This document shows, in pieces, positions 14,786 to 15,112 of a stretch of 15,112 nt of DNA (positions are counted from its first letter, which is position 1; each line of letters begins with the position of its first letter). The notes below the pieces were generated by a model. It was given only the letters and a program-made list of their open reading frames with translations. It made no database searches and had not been told where the DNA came from. The stretch is from a virus. Lineage: Duplodnaviria > Heunggongvirae > Uroviricota > Caudoviricetes. Location of the stretch: the IMG/VR virus record IMGVR_UViG_2541047905_000022. The stretch is one strand, 5' to 3'. The position numbers were made by a program, and so were the translations under genes.

Positions 14786-14887
14786 ATGGACCCCGAACAG
14801 GGGGAGTGCTATTTATCTGGAAGGATTCTGTTGATGAAAATCGAAGAATTACGTGAAATTTTTAGTGAAGATGGCCTCTATGCTGTG
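14786..14887 (+). pseudogene. 5' fragment of an ORF apparently truncated by the IS insertion
   Basis: Candidate promoter (-35 TTGAAG 14721-14726, -10 TAGAAT 14745-14750) and GGAG Shine-Dalgarno precede the ATG at 14786; the reading frame MDPEQGECYLSGRILLMKIEELREIFSEDGLYAV runs directly into the IS terminal repeat, whose first bases TGA (14888-14890) supply the stop. Confidence 0.3.
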
Positions 14888-15112
14888 TGAACCGCCCCGG
14901 GTTTCCTGGAGAGTATTTTATCTGTGAACTCAGGCTGCCAGATCATCGTTTCCGATGGAAGCATAATAAGCTTTTTCTGCTTCTGCCGGAGGAGTATGGC
15001 CCAGCCTTTCCAGCAATCGTCGATTGTTATACCAGTCCACCCACGTGAGTGTGGCCAGTTCCACTTCTGCACGGTTTTTCCAGCTCTTACGGTGTATTAC
15101 CTCCGCTTTGTA
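14888..15112 (-). mobile_element. IS3-family insertion sequence, IS629/IS1203-like, terminal portion (element continues beyond the window)
   Basis: Sequence from 14888, TGAACCGCCCCGGGTTTCCTGGAGAGTATTTTATCTGTGAACTCAGG, matches the IS629-type terminal inverted repeat as I recall it; followed on the minus strand by the C-terminal end of an IS3-family OrfB transposase. Confidence 0.8.
14930..15112 (-). CDS. IS3-family transposase OrfB, C-terminal 60 codons (5'-partial, start outside window)
   Basis: Minus-strand translation ...YKAEVIHRKSWKNRAEVELATLTWVDWYNNRRLLERLGHTPPAEAEKAYYASIGNDDLAA then stop (TGA, plus 14930-14932); the WVDWYNNRRL motif is the conserved DDE-integrase C-terminal signature of IS3-family transposases. 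Confidence 0.8.
   Translation of the reverse strand, partial: YKAEVIHRKSWKNRAEVELATLTWVDWYNNRRLLERLGHTPPAEAEKAYYASIGNDDLAA

Noticed and set aside
14878-15072. 64-aa minus-strand ORF inside the IS element
   Set aside because: Out of frame with the clearly recognisable transposase OrfB C-terminus occupying the same DNA; spurious.

Overview
This window is a chromosome-prophage junction from an Escherichia-type genome. Core gene mtfA (1-798, minus) and tRNA-Ser(CGA) serU (892-981, plus) are followed immediately by the left arm of a lambdoid, Qin/DicB-type prophage integrated at the tRNA. Reading rightward: integrase and a DUF4224 excisionase-like gene, a large DnaQ-like exonuclease-domain protein, then a leftward dicB-type operon (ydfD-like, dicB, an inserted rha gene, DicF sRNA, ydfA/ydfB/C-like ORFs) under a DicA-like repressor. 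Next come a divergent DicC-like (Cro-type) gene, a YdaT-like gene, a lambda O-like/P-like replication module with iteron repeats, a DUF1627-like and a hypothetical gene, and a run of moron cargo: queH (epoxyqueuosine reductase), a hok-type type I toxin with fold-back mRNA elements, and an AT-rich two-gene cassette (216-aa unknown protein plus an HTH-XRE/ImmA-peptidase fusion). The cassette is bracketed by two copies of the same terminator and abutted by an IS629-like IS3-family element that runs off the window. The cassette is the best candidate for an undescribed regulatory or defence module. All calls are from reading the sequence and from recalled family signatures; no database search was run.
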